In this document: one piece after another, positions 11,563 through 21,499 of the stretch
Layout of the letters: every line of letters begins with the position of its first letter
Numbering within the stretch: position 1 is the stretch's first letter
Assembly (NCBI GenBank): GCA_963824175.1
Contig: CAWGOD010000001.1
Location: forward strand, 150,154-214,153
DNA: 64,000 nucleotides
DNA from: an uncultured Chloroflexia bacterium
GTDB taxonomy: Bacteria > Chloroflexota > Anaerolineae > Anaerolineales > UBA11858
Direction: 5' to 3'
Position numbers and translations under genes: made by a program
Notes under the pieces: generated by a model
Seen by the model: the letters and a program-made list of their open reading frames with translations, nothing else
Told to the model about the DNA's origin: nothing
The model's database searches: none

Positions 11563-11900
11563 AGTAACTTAACAATTGAATATCAAGGATATTAGCGACT
11601 GAGCCTCATCTATTGAGGTGACGAGGTGGAGGTCTTCCCCGCAAGGGGAATGCTAATCTGCAGATATCTTGCAGAGAAAATCGAATGATCAGCGGATGCC
11701 TCCGCAGCCCCGCCATGGGCTGCCTTATCCTTCCCGGAAAAAAGAGATTCAAATCCACCTAGTGATGGGTGGGACAAAAATCACTTTATTGGCTTGGAGT
11801 TTTGTTTATCTAAGTAACTCTGATATCTAAACAGGGAAGGGTATGCTGACAACACTATTGCCTTATTCAACAGCACACCCAGTTGTGCTGTTTTTCTTTT
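11563..11900 (+). promoter_or_regulatory. ~340-nt structured leader / candidate cis-regulatory RNA upstream of glnA, family unassigned
   Basis: Hairpins seen: CCTCA/TGAGG (11604-11618); GGAGG..CCTCC (11628-11702) enclosing TTCCCC-GCAA-GGGGAA and CTGCA..TGCAG; GCAGCCC/GGGCTGC (11705-11724). There are mutually exclusive pairings CCACC/GGTGG versus AGTGAT/ATCACT (11755-11785). The region ends in an intrinsic terminator. Confidence 0.45.
11869..11900 (+). terminator. intrinsic terminator 65 nt upstream of the glnA start codon
   Basis: AACAGCAC (11869-11876) / GTGCTGTT (11885-11892) followed by TTTTCTTTT. Confidence 0.7.
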
Positions 11901-11964
11901 AATTTGTCCTTGTTTGAGACTAGAACTTTTTCAGGGTTGCGATCTATTCAGTCTAGGAGGAGTA

Positions 11965-13302
11965 ATGGATAATAAAGAGTTGATCTCACGTGTGAAAGAA
12001 GATGATGTTAAATTCATCTCACTGCAGTTTTCAGATGTGACAGGATCCGTGAAAAGTGTTGATATCACTACCGAACGTCTGGCAACCGCGCTGGAGGATG
12101 GAGTCTGGTTTGATGGATCTTCGGTTGAGGGATTTGCCCGGGTTCAGGAAAGTGATATGCGCTTGGTCTTGGATCCTGAAACATATGCGGTCCTTCCCTG
12201 GAGTCCTGATGAATATCGGAGAGCAAGGGTATTCTGTGATATCTATAAACCTGATGGTGATCCGTTTGAAGGAGATCCAAGAGGAGTTTTAAAGAAGGTC
12301 CTGAAGATCATTGATGAAAAAGGATGGATCTTTAATATCGGTCCGGAACCTGAATTCTTCTTGTTCAAGAGGAATGGTGCTGAGGATATCCATCCTGTTC
12401 CCTATGATGTTGGAGGTTATTTTGACTTTTCAGCTAGTGATGAAGCAACCCTGGTTAGAAATGAATTAATGCATGCGTTGATTGAAATGGGCTTGGATGT
12501 TGAGATGGGTCATCACGAGGTCGCCCGCGGACAGCATGAGATCGACTTCCGATATGGAGACGCATTGAGAGCTGCTGATAACGTGATCACCATGAAATAT
12601 ACTGTAAAAGCCATCGCGGCAAAATATAACCTGATCGCTTCATTTATGCCTAAACCGATCTATGGTGTAAACGGATCTGGGATGCATGCTCATCAGTCTA
12701 TCTTCAGTAAAGATGGTGAGAACCTGTTCTTTAACGATAAAGATGAACACCATTTATCTGAGCTGGCTTACAAATTCCTGGCCGGACAGCTGAAACACGC
12801 CCGCAGTATGTCAGCAGTACTGGCACCGACGGCTAACTCCTATAAGCGGCTGGTGCCTGGTTATGAAGCACCAATTTACATTGGTTGGGCCCAGATCAAC
12901 CGATCTGCTTTGATCCGCATACCGAGATATACTACTGGACGGAGTAAATCTGTGCGCCTGGAATTGCGCTGCCCAGATCCATCCGCTAATCCTTACCTGG
13001 CATTTGCTGCCATGCTAGCTGCTGGCCTGGATGGTATCGAAAACGATCTGGTTTGCCCGGAATCTTTGCATAACCTCAATATCTGGAATCTGACAAAAGA
13101 GGAACGGGATGAAAAGAAGATCGAATCTCTCCCAGGATCACTAGCAGAAGCTATGCATGAATTTGAAAGCAGTGAAGTAATGAGATCTGCCCTGGGACCT
13201 GTGATCTGTAATGTTTTCAGCCGGGCAAAATGGGCTGAAGTAGATGAATACCGAACCCGAGTAACTGACTGGGAAATCAGCCGCTACTTGGAATTGGCCT
13301 AG
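11965..13302 (+). CDS. glnA: glutamine synthetase, type I
   Basis: Full-length GS-I similarity (..FSDVTGSVKSVDI.., ..GPEPEFFLF.., ..NGSGMHAHQS.., ..LELRCPDPSANPYLAFAAMLAAG..). ATG at 11965 preceded by AGGAGG (11955-11960). Confidence 0.95.
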   Translation: MDNKELISRVKEDDVKFISLQFSDVTGSVKSVDITTERLATALEDGVWFDGSSVEGFARVQESDMRLVLDPETYAVLPWSPDEYRRARVFCDIYKPDGDPFEGDPRGVLKKVLKIIDEKGWIFNIGPEPEFFLFKRNGAEDIHPVPYDVGGYFDFSASDEATLVRNELMHALIEMGLDVEMGHHEVARGQHEIDFRYGDALRAADNVITMKYTVKAIAAKYNLIASFMPKPIYGVNGSGMHAHQSIFSKDGENLFFNDKDEHHLSELAYKFLAGQLKHARSMSAVLAPTANSYKRLVPGYEAPIYIGWAQINRSALIRIPRYTTGRSKSVRLELRCPDPSANPYLAFAAMLAAGLDGIENDLVCPESLHNLNIWNLTKEERDEKKIESLPGSLAEAMHEFESSEVMRSALGPVICNVFSRAKWAEVDEYRTRVTDWEISRYLELA

Positions 13303-13312
13303 GACCTGATAT

Positions 13313-13732
13313 ATGGCTGTTGTGACAAAATATATCCCCTTGGATACTGAAGGGAATGGCGATGTGATCAATATCACCGACGCTGTCCAAAATTGCATCG
13401 CCGATAGCGGGGTAGGGGATGGTGTGGTCACGATCTTCACACCTTCAGCGACAAGTGGACTAACTACCCTGGAATATGAATCCGGATGTATTGAGGATTT
13501 GCAGCGTTTATTTGACGAGATCCTTCCTTTGGATAAGACTTATGCTCACAATTTACGCTGGGGGGATGGAAATGGGCATAGTCATGCCCGGGCTGCGTTG
13601 GTGAAACCCTCCCTGACAGTTCCAATTTGTGAAGGAATGATGACCCTGGGTACCTGGCAATCGATTGTCCTGGTCGATTTTGATAATCGCTCAAGACACC
13701 GCAAGCTTGTGGTCCAGATAATGGGAGATTGA
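13313..13732 (+). CDS. YjbQ/UPF0047 family protein (secondary thiamine-phosphate synthase-like)
   Basis: ..TIFTPSATSGLTTLEYESG..DGNGHSHARAAL..PSLTVPI..G.M.LGTWQSIVLVDFD.. is typical of the YjbQ family. Confidence 0.8.
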   Translation: MAVVTKYIPLDTEGNGDVINITDAVQNCIADSGVGDGVVTIFTPSATSGLTTLEYESGCIEDLQRLFDEILPLDKTYAHNLRWGDGNGHSHARAALVKPSLTVPICEGMMTLGTWQSIVLVDFDNRSRHRKLVVQIMGD

Positions 13733-13748
13733 AACAGCAATAATAATT

Positions 13749-13790
13749 AAAAAAAGCCTGGAGAGTAACTCCAGGCTATTTCTATTTTCT
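13749..13790. terminator. bidirectional intrinsic terminator
   Basis: AGCCTGGAG (13755-13763) / CTCCAGGCT (13769-13777) flanked by an A-run and a T-rich tract. The 3' end of ORF 13747-14739 merely translates this hairpin. Confidence 0.7.
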
Positions 13791-13826
13791 TACTCCAGAT
13801 ACGGTTGCATAAGTTGTGGAGAAGTA

Positions 13827-15157
13827 TTACTCCTTGACTGATGCAGGTTTGCCATGATCCCGGTAAGTGAGCCACATAGCGCCGATACCTACCAGATGTC
13901 ACACAGATGCCAATTACTAGACCGAATCCTAGAGGTATAGCTCGCAGGAATGTGTAAAGGAATATACCAATCAACATCGACCAGATTGGCTGATCTTCAT
14001 ATTTTGGTGCTAACCATCTCATCAACAGCTTACCAACTAAGTAGGACACCACAAGTTTACTGCCGTAAGAAACCAGCAATCCAAATCCTGCCATAATCAA
14101 ACCTAAGCTGGTGAAGCCAACTGTCAATATAACTCTTGATAGTTCACCGAGGGTTATAACACCAAAGAAGATTGCGCCTGCGATAATCAATCCGCCAGCC
14201 AGTAAAGCACCCATGTAAACTACCATGATACTGACCAAACCCCAACCCAGGGATGGCATTACTTCTTTTTCTGCTTTTTCACTGACTTTGTTTAACAATC
14301 CAGGTAATTGCCAGACTATCAGACCGCCCAACAGCATTAAGGTGATGAAGACACGAACCTGTTTCAAAAGCCAGGCTCCTACCAATCTGGATCCAATCTC
14401 GTCGGAATCAGGTGTATCAACATTGGGATTAACCTGCGGATCATAATCAAACTCGATCCCGCCGGGAGGAGTTATGGCAATAGCCCTGGCCTGATCCTCG
14501 GAACTTTTATAGTACAGTGATCCACCGATCTCTGCTTCTTCAGAAACGCGGATACCAGATGGAGCGATGGTATCGATCCCTGGAGGACTGGGGTAGATTT
14601 GGGGAGGCTGTCCATCTGAGGGACTGGCCACTTCTGCACGGACGTTATTTCCAATATGATCCAGTAATATCAAGAGCACCAACACCAGCTTGCACGTCTC
14701 GCCCAATCTCACCAGAAAGCAGAGCCTGATATGCGCCAACTAAAAGATCGCGGTGGATAATGGACCCTTCTTCTGCGTTTAGATTAAATCCGCCATAGAA
14801 CATGTTCCGGCCAATTTCTGTATCCGGCCCAAGGGTTATTGTCATGGACCCGGCATAAACACTTCCGCTCACTTTTCCGTTGATCAAGATGGTCTGGGCC
14901 CCTGAAGCCAGGCTGCCGTTGATGGTGCCGTTAACCTTAACGATAGAGCCTGATGCAAAAACATCGCCGTTTACGGTGCCATTAATCTCAACTATGTCAC
15001 CTCCGATAAAAAGATCATCATCGATGATCTCTCCTTCTTCGAGAATGCCATCCTCGTCGAACTCTACGGCTTTTGCAGTCGCTGCAAATCCAAATCCTAT
15101 CGTCAATACTAGAAAAATAGGGATAAAGATCAACAGGACTTTTCTTTTTGTGGACAT
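13827..15157 (-). CDS. exported bactofilin-like (polymer-forming beta-helix repeat) domain fused to a polytopic membrane domain (two frame disruptions, ~14650-14740 and ~13905)
   Basis: N-terminal signal/TM (VLLIFIPIFLVLTIGFGFAATAKA). Repeats of the (I/V)xINGxVxGDVxASG.. type. ORF 13747-14739 continues with about 6 TM helices. An alternative frame gives a plausible end ..LVGIGAMWLTYRDHGKPASVKE* at 13827. Confidence 0.55.
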
Positions 15158-15334
15158 AAATACTCCTTAGTAAAAAATGATAAAGAACCCGCAAGGGGAT
15201 TATTTTCAATAAGATATACGGAAGGTCAATGATAAAGTTGCATTCGCAGGATCATGTAAACGCCAAAAAAAATACCAGCCCGGAGTAATCCGAGCTGGTG
15301 TGGAAATCATGGATGGTGCATAAATCAGATTGGA

Positions 15335-16252
15335 TTATTTTGGATTGATATATTTATCCCAATATCGTTTCATGCCATCTGCTGACATACCTGAAGGATT
15401 GGCTTTTTCAAATGCATCCAATGTGACTTTTCCAACCCCCAATTCCAAGGAGCGATTTTTTACCCAGTTTAGAAATTCCTTTCTTAGGACCTCAATTGGG
15501 TACTCTCTAGGCATAATCATTTGCATCCATTCTTCAGCAGCATCTAATTCGTTTAGTACAGAATCCAAATGCCATTCAACATCGTCAAAGAAACCAAAAT
15601 GGGTTGGGGCGATCCGGGTGATCTTTTCCTTTTTTAGTTTGATTACAGATTCCCGCCATCTGGGTGGATGGAACTCAGGTGGAGGCATCGGTATGCGCAG
15701 GTGTTTTTCTCCAGCAGAAGCTATCCGAACACCACCTACATCACCGCTGAAACAGATCTCATCCAGGATGAAGGCCATATGATGGTTGGCATGTCCGGGT
15801 GTATCCAGAGCCCGAAAAGTATAACTGCCAACCTGGATTTCCATTCCATCTTCCAATATAACGAGTTGCTCTTTGGGAACAGGGAGAAAATCTCCCCAGA
15901 GCTCATCCATCTTGTCTTGATAGATCCTTGTTGCGCTAGCCAATAACTTGGAAGGGTCCAGCAGATGAGGAGCGCCCCGCTGATGGACATATACTTTTGC
16001 ACCAGATTGCTTAGCTAACCAACCAGCTGCTCCAGCATGGTCGAGATGGATATGGGTCAACAGCACATGGGTTATTTCTTCAATTCTATAACCAAGTTCT
16101 TGCAGATTTCTATCCAAATCATTCTGAGTCGATCCGGGGCCGCTCTCAATCAGGGTCAAACCTTCTTGATGAGGAATTAGATAGCTGGCAATAGCATTTG
16201 GACAGTTCTGGAAGTTCAGATCAAGAGTGAAGATTTCAGGGTGATTGGTCAT
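15335..16252 (-). CDS. MBL-fold metallo-hydrolase
   Basis: THIHLDHAGAAG (HxHxDH) plus downstream His/Asp ligands (..LDTPGHANHH..). Confidence 0.8.
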   Translation of the reverse strand: MTNHPEIFTLDLNFQNCPNAIASYLIPHQEGLTLIESGPGSTQNDLDRNLQELGYRIEEITHVLLTHIHLDHAGAAGWLAKQSGAKVYVHQRGAPHLLDPSKLLASATRIYQDKMDELWGDFLPVPKEQLVILEDGMEIQVGSYTFRALDTPGHANHHMAFILDEICFSGDVGGVRIASAGEKHLRIPMPPPEFHPPRWRESVIKLKKEKITRIAPTHFGFFDDVEWHLDSVLNELDAAEEWMQMIMPREYPIEVLRKEFLNWVKNRSLELGVGKVTLDAFEKANPSGMSADGMKRYWDKYINPK

Positions 16253-16444
16253 ATTCCTATTCCATATCTAATAGTAGATGACCTATTTTAACATTGATTG
16301 CATTAGATAGGTCCGGATCTCTAATTCTGCAATAACAAGGTTTGGAATAGATATACGCAGGACAAAAACTATTGACTGGATACTATCACTACCTTACAAA
16401 AATGTTAGCTCGAAAAGTTTAAGGGTGAATCGCTTTACTGTGGG

Positions 16445-16473
16445 TTGCTAGATCAGAATGGGTATGCTAGAAT
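16445..16473 (+). promoter_or_regulatory. sigma70-like promoter of nrdJ (TTGCTA-17 nt-TAGAAT)
   Basis: TTGCTA at 16445-16450, a 17-nt spacer, TAGAAT at 16468-16473. Confidence 0.55.
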
Positions 16474-16485
16474 ACGACCACTCAA

Positions 16486-16529
16486 CCAGATATATAAGGG
16501 ATTAATCCAACTCTACCCATATATATGGG
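16486..16529 (+). promoter_or_regulatory. tandem NrdR boxes (operator of the ribonucleotide reductase gene)
   Basis: Box 2 CCCATATATATGGG (16516-16529) is a perfect 14-bp palindrome. Box 1 CCAGATATATAAGG (16486-16499) is an imperfect copy. Their centres are 30 bp apart, directly downstream of the -10 element and upstream of nrdJ. Confidence 0.7.
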
Positions 16530-16604
16530 GGTATTTTACAAGAAATCGGTGTGGAAGCTGATTGAGTAATTTTGTCTTAATTTTCATGTGCAGGAGCCTC
16601 GTAG

Positions 16605-19152
16605 ATGACAAAAATCGTCGATCCCAAAGAACAGATTAACGTCGTTAATCCTATTCCATCACTGCCAAAAGGGTTGGCGGATGTCAATTTGACAGAAAAT
16701 GCCCTTGAAGTATTCAAACGACGTTATATCCGGAAAGGCGAGAACGGCGAGCTGGCAGAAAGTAAAGAAGAAACCTTTTGGCGTGTGGCATATAATATCG
16801 CAGTTGAAGAAAAGAAGTGGGGTGGTGATGTAGATAAAATCGCCCGGGAATTCTATCATCTGCTGGCGACAAAACGATTTTTACCCAATTCACCTACATT
16901 CACAGGCGCAGGCACTCCCCTTGGTCAGTTAGCGGCTTGTTTTGTTCTACCCATAAGTGATGATATGGGTAAGTGGAGCGACGGCATCTTTCAAACGTTA
17001 AGGGATGCTGCTTTGATCCAGCAAACTGGCGGTGGGAACGGATTTTCCTTTTCGCGGTTGCGCCCCACCAAATCATTGATTAAAGCTTCATCCGGCCATG
17101 CAACTGGACCGGTTGGATTCTTGAAGGTCTATGATAAAGCTTTTGGAGAGATCGCCCAAGGTGGAACTCGCCGGGGTGCGAATATGGCTGTCTTGCGCGT
17201 GGATCATCCTGATATCGAACACTTTATCACCTGCAAAACTGATGAGAACGCGATCACTAATTTTAATATATCAATTGGCATCACAGATGCCTTTATGGAA
17301 GCGGTAATTAATGATGACAGCTGGGAACTGCGTTTCCCGGATGTAAAGGATCCAGCCTATCGCAAATTCAATGGCACTTTAGAGCAAGCTGAAGCAGCAG
17401 GCATCAATATCCTGGTTTACGGTTCCATTCGAGCCCGGGATCTATTTAACAAAATCGTTTATCATGCCCACCATAATGGCGAACCAGGATTATTATTCCT
17501 TGACCACGCCAACCGGCAAAATCCCATTCCGCATTTGTATGACCTGGAAGCTACTAATCCTTGTGGTGAGCAGTATCTCGGCCCTTATGAAAACTGCTGC
17601 CTTGGATCCATTAATCTTAGTCAGCATGGAACAGATGATGGAATACCCGATTGGGAGGCTCTCCGGAAGAGTGTTGAAACTGCAACCCAGTTCCTGGATG
17701 ATGTCGTTGATGCAAACGCTTATGTGCCGTCGGTTCCTCAATTAGAGGAAGCAGCCATGCGAGCCAGGCGAATCGGGTTGGGTATTATGGGTTTAGCCGA
17801 TTTGATGTTCCGGGCGAGTGTCCGGTACGGCTCTGAAGCCGGCCAGGAATTTTCTGCCCAGATCATGGAATTCATCCGCTATCATGCCATGTTAACCAGC
17901 ATCAATCTGGCAAAAAAACGGGGACCTTTTCCTGCTATTGAAGGCAGCCGTTATGATCCTAAGAACTTAAGTTGGGAAGTTCCGCAATCGATCATCAGCT
18001 ATCAAAATGATTGGGGCCGACCAACTCTTGATTGGGAGAAAATTGTTAACGGGTATTAAAAAACACGGGATCCGTAATGCAGCCCAGACCACTGTTGCCC
18101 CTACTGGAACAATTGCGACTGTGTCAGGTTGTGAGGGTTATGGATGTGAACCTGCATTTGCACTGGCATATACCCGCCATGTGGTTGAAAGCGATGGTGA
18201 AATTGACCTGATCTACACCAGCCCGTTATTCACTCAAGCCCTTGAAAGATCTGATTTGCCTTCTTCTACAAAAGATGAGATCATCACAACTATCCTTGAA
18301 ACCGGAACTTGCCAGGGGGTTGACTCATTGCCGGAAGAGATCGCCAACACTTTTGTTGTTTCTGGTGATATCACTGCTGAAGAGCATATTCGAGTTCAGG
18401 CTGCTCTCCAGGCGTTTGTTGATAACAGCATATCTAAAACCATTAATTTCCCCTCCTCAGCTCAACCTGAGGATGTTTCACAGGCCTATATTCTGGCCTG
18501 GGAAACAGGTTGCAAAGGAATCACTGTTTATGTGACCGGCTCCAGGGATAAAGTAGTTCTTGAAACAGGTAAGAAAGAAGAAATGCCAGTTGTCCAGGAA
18601 GTCCAGACACAGATCCAACAATGGCAAAGCACGAAGAAACCCAGGCCGCGTCATCTAGAAGGGTACACCTACAGCATCCAGACTCCTCTTGGGAAGACCT
18701 ATGTAACCATCAACGAGAATGGAGATAGCCAGCCTTTTGAGATATTTATAAACACAGCAAAAGCTGGGTCGGATACAGCGGCTGTATCAGAGGCCATTGG
18801 CCGATCCTTGTCTTATATCCTCAGGATGTCGTCACCTATTCCTCCCCGCCAGCGTTTAGAAGAGGTTTATCAGCAGTACGCCGGCATTGGCGGCCGCCGC
18901 CCAACAGGTTTTGGCCCAAATCGGGTCAGATCCCTGCCCGATGGTATTGCCCAGGCTCTGCAGGAATACCTGGAAAATACTGGCTGGCAATTCCAGGAAT
19001 TAACTCCAGAAGAGATTGAGGTAATCGAAGAGATCAGCCAGCCAGAAACCTGGTTGGAGGTTGGGGATCTTTGTCCGGAATGTGGACAGGCGGCACTGGT
19101 GAATGAGGAAGGCTGTCGGAAATGTTATTCCTGTGGTTACAGTGAATGTTGA
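16605..19152 (+). CDS. nrdJ: adenosylcobalamin-dependent (class II) ribonucleoside-triphosphate/diphosphate reductase, one frame disruption at the A-run ~18039
   Basis: ORFs 16605-18059 and 18007-19152 are consecutive. Motifs: ..ACFVLPI.., ..[24 protein letters not shown].., ..TVAPTGTIA.., ..ISKTINFP... C-terminal zinc ribbon [17 protein letters not shown]. Confidence 0.93.
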
Positions 19153-19223
19153 GCTGATTCCCCACCCGCATTTCTAAAATCTAACATCTAATCATCCCCG
19201 GAACGATCCCAGAGAGGAAATTT

Positions 19224-19982
19224 ATGACTACCCCGACTATTGAATTAATTCATCAACATGGATCTGTCAGAAACTATAAAACAGACCCGGTGCCAGAAGG
19301 CTGGATTGATCAGATCGTTGCCGCAGCTCAGCGGACATCAAGTTCATCGAATTTGCAGACCTATAGTGTGATTGTCACCACAGACCTGGATAAAAAAGCA
19401 AAAGTCCAGGAAATCAGTGGTGGACAATCCCATATCTCTCAGGCCCCAGTTTTTTTGCTATGGTGTGCAGATTTTAGCAGGTTGAAAAGAGTATGTGATC
19501 ACCAGGGTTATGAAATAGAAGCGGGGTATATGGAGAATTTTATGGTCGGTACTGTGGATGCGGCTATAACCATGCAAAGCGCAGCTTTGGCAGCTGAATC
19601 CCTGGGCCTGGGTTTTTGCTTTATCGGTGCCCTGCGAAACGATCCGGAGGGAATTAGAGAGGTCTTCCAATTGCCTGAACTGGTATTCCCGGTTTGTGGA
19701 ATGACTCTGGGATGGGCTAAGGATAAGCCTATGATCAGGCCGAGGCTTCCCCTAAAGGCGGTTTTGCACTGGGAAACTTACCAGGAGAATGATCTGGAGT
19801 ATTTAGTGGAGTATGATCAGGTTATGGTCGGAACTGGAATTTACGGCGGACGCCAGGTTGATCGAGCGGATCGGGACCCCGAGGATTACGGGTGGATGGA
19901 ACATTCTGCCAGGCGATGCAGTAAACCATCAAGGCCGAATCTCAGTCAGGCGATCATTAAATCTGGATTTCAAATTAAATAA
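19224..19982 (+). CDS. NfsA-like NADPH-dependent nitroreductase family protein
   Basis: ..HGSVRNY...QRTSSSSNLQTYSVIV.. and ..ESLGLGFCFIGALRN.. are typical of the NfsA/FRP subgroup. Confidence 0.8.
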   Translation: MTTPTIELIHQHGSVRNYKTDPVPEGWIDQIVAAAQRTSSSSNLQTYSVIVTTDLDKKAKVQEISGGQSHISQAPVFLLWCADFSRLKRVCDHQGYEIEAGYMENFMVGTVDAAITMQSAALAAESLGLGFCFIGALRNDPEGIREVFQLPELVFPVCGMTLGWAKDKPMIRPRLPLKAVLHWETYQENDLEYLVEYDQVMVGTGIYGGRQVDRADRDPEDYGWMEHSARRCSKPSRPNLSQAIIKSGFQIK

Positions 19983-20034
19983 AGAAGTGACCCTGGGATA
20001 AGATTTCTGTCAGGAAATTGATCAGGAGTAAAAA

Positions 20035-20529
20035 ATGGCAGCTGAGGATAAAAGACCTACCTGGAATGAGTACTTCATGAATATCGCCCATGAGGTGGCT
20101 AAAAGAAGCACCTGCGAGAGAGCGCAAGTTGGGGCGGTGATTGTACGCGATAAACGCATATTAACTACGGGTTATAACGGAAGTCCACGGGGTTTACCTC
20201 ATTGCTCTGAAGTAGGATGTTTAATGGATAATGGACATTGTGTTCGCACTCTGCACGCTGAACAAAATGCTATTATTCAGGCGGCCCTTCATGGTGTCAT
20301 TACAGAAGGTGCAATAATATATGTGACTCACCAACCTTGTTTCATCTGCGCGAAAACGATCATCAATGCTGGCATATCAGAAATCGTATATGGCAAGGAA
20401 TACAAGGATGATCGTTCCATAGATTTTCTAATCCAGGCCGGAGTGAAGATCACTGCGCTTACTTTAAAGCTGAAACGATCTATAATATGTATAGGTAGAT
20501 TACTAAGTGAGCTTTTATGGATGATCTAG
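20035..20529 (+). CDS. deoxycytidylate (dCMP) deaminase
   Basis: Zinc-binding motifs HAEQNAI and PCFICAKTIINAG, with a TWNEYFM..A..VAKRSTC N-terminus. Confidence 0.9.
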   Translation: MAAEDKRPTWNEYFMNIAHEVAKRSTCERAQVGAVIVRDKRILTTGYNGSPRGLPHCSEVGCLMDNGHCVRTLHAEQNAIIQAALHGVITEGAIIYVTHQPCFICAKTIINAGISEIVYGKEYKDDRSIDFLIQAGVKITALTLKLKRSIICIGRLLSELLWMI

Positions 20530-21425
20530 ATAAGAAAACAAAAACACTGGCCAATGATCTTGTCTTTGAGCTGAATAAATCCCTCGGTTTCCGAAAAGAT
20601 GGTTTTGCTCAGCCGTTCCTGAAACCACTGGTATGGAAACCGATGGTACGTTTCTCTGAGCTGGCGACAATCTTCGAACACCGGGTTGTACAGGAAGGTT
20701 GGCAAAAAGCTTCTGCCTGGTTTATTACTCATTTTGTTGACAAGGTGAAAGCATTGGGTACGGAGCATTTACCAAAAGAAGGACCGTTGGTGATCGCTGC
20801 CAACCATCCTGGCGCTTATGATTCATTGGTGATCTCTTCCCAAATCCCAAGGGATGATGTGAAGATCATTTCATCAGATATTCCATTTGTAAAAAAGCTT
20901 CCCGATACAAGTGAACATATGATATTTTCCTCTCATGACACGCATGATCGGATGAGTGCAGCGAGAGGCGCCCTCAGACATTTAAAGAACGGAGGTACTT
21001 TGCTGGTTTTCGCCAGGGGTACCATGGATCCGGACCCGGCCTTTATGCCCGGCTCTGAAGTAGAGCTTACTCGCTGGACATCCAGCCTGGGGTTGTTCCT
21101 GAGGAACGTTCCACAGACAAAATTGGCTGTCTCAATGATTAGTGGTGTATTATCACAAAAATATATTAATCACCCGGCAACTCTGTTTAGAAGGGGAAGA
21201 GTGAACAAGCAGCGTTTGTCGGAGTTTTTCCAGGTGATGTACCAGCTCCTGGTTCCTGGGAAATTAATGGTTTCGCCCAATTTGTCTTTTGGCCCACCTG
21301 TCACCCTTGATGATCTTGGAGTAAAGGACAGGAAGGATATCAATAAGATCACAGACGAAGTCATCAAAAATGCTCAGGAACAGTTCCAATTTCACAAAAA
21401 CAAACTTCTGACTGCTCTGATCTAA
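20517..21425 (+). CDS. lysophospholipid/glycerol-phosphate acyltransferase family protein
   Basis: HX4D motif ANHPGAYDS plus a downstream ..LLVFARGT.. block. Confidence 0.55.
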   Translation: MDDLDKKTKTLANDLVFELNKSLGFRKDGFAQPFLKPLVWKPMVRFSELATIFEHRVVQEGWQKASAWFITHFVDKVKALGTEHLPKEGPLVIAANHPGAYDSLVISSQIPRDDVKIISSDIPFVKKLPDTSEHMIFSSHDTHDRMSAARGALRHLKNGGTLLVFARGTMDPDPAFMPGSEVELTRWTSSLGLFLRNVPQTKLAVSMISGVLSQKYINHPATLFRRGRVNKQRLSEFFQVMYQLLVPGKLMVSPNLSFGPPVTLDDLGVKDRKDINKITDEVIKNAQEQFQFHKNKLLTALI

Positions 21426-21440
21426 ACCTGTACTGCCAAT

Positions 21441-21476
21441 AAAAAACCCCTGGAATAATCCAGGGGTTCTTTTTTG
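21441..21476. terminator. bidirectional intrinsic terminator
   Basis: AACCCCTGG / CCAGGGGTT hairpin flanked by A6 and T6 runs. Confidence 0.75.
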
Positions 21477-21499
21477 AATAGGTGAAAATTACACTAATT

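Noticed and set aside
11690-11760. A minus-strand stretch CCGGGAAGGATAAGGCAGCC resembling SRP RNA domain IV (UCCGGAAGGAAGCAGCC), and a 25-codon ORF (MISGCLRSPAMGCLILPGKKRFKST) on the plus strand.
   Set aside because: The 5' half of the SRP domain IV motif (..CAGGUCAGGUCC) is absent. The flanking promoter and terminator are on the plus strand. The small ORF has no ribosome-binding site and no regulatory amino-acid bias.
11294-11964. selC as an integration hotspot, implying a genomic island next to it.
   Set aside because: There is no integrase, no direct repeat of the tRNA 3' end, and no accessory genes. glnA and housekeeping genes follow directly.
16253-16604. A cobalamin riboswitch upstream of the B12-dependent nrdJ.
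   Set aside because: No B12-box-like sequence or matching helices are visible. The region is instead explained by a promoter plus NrdR boxes.
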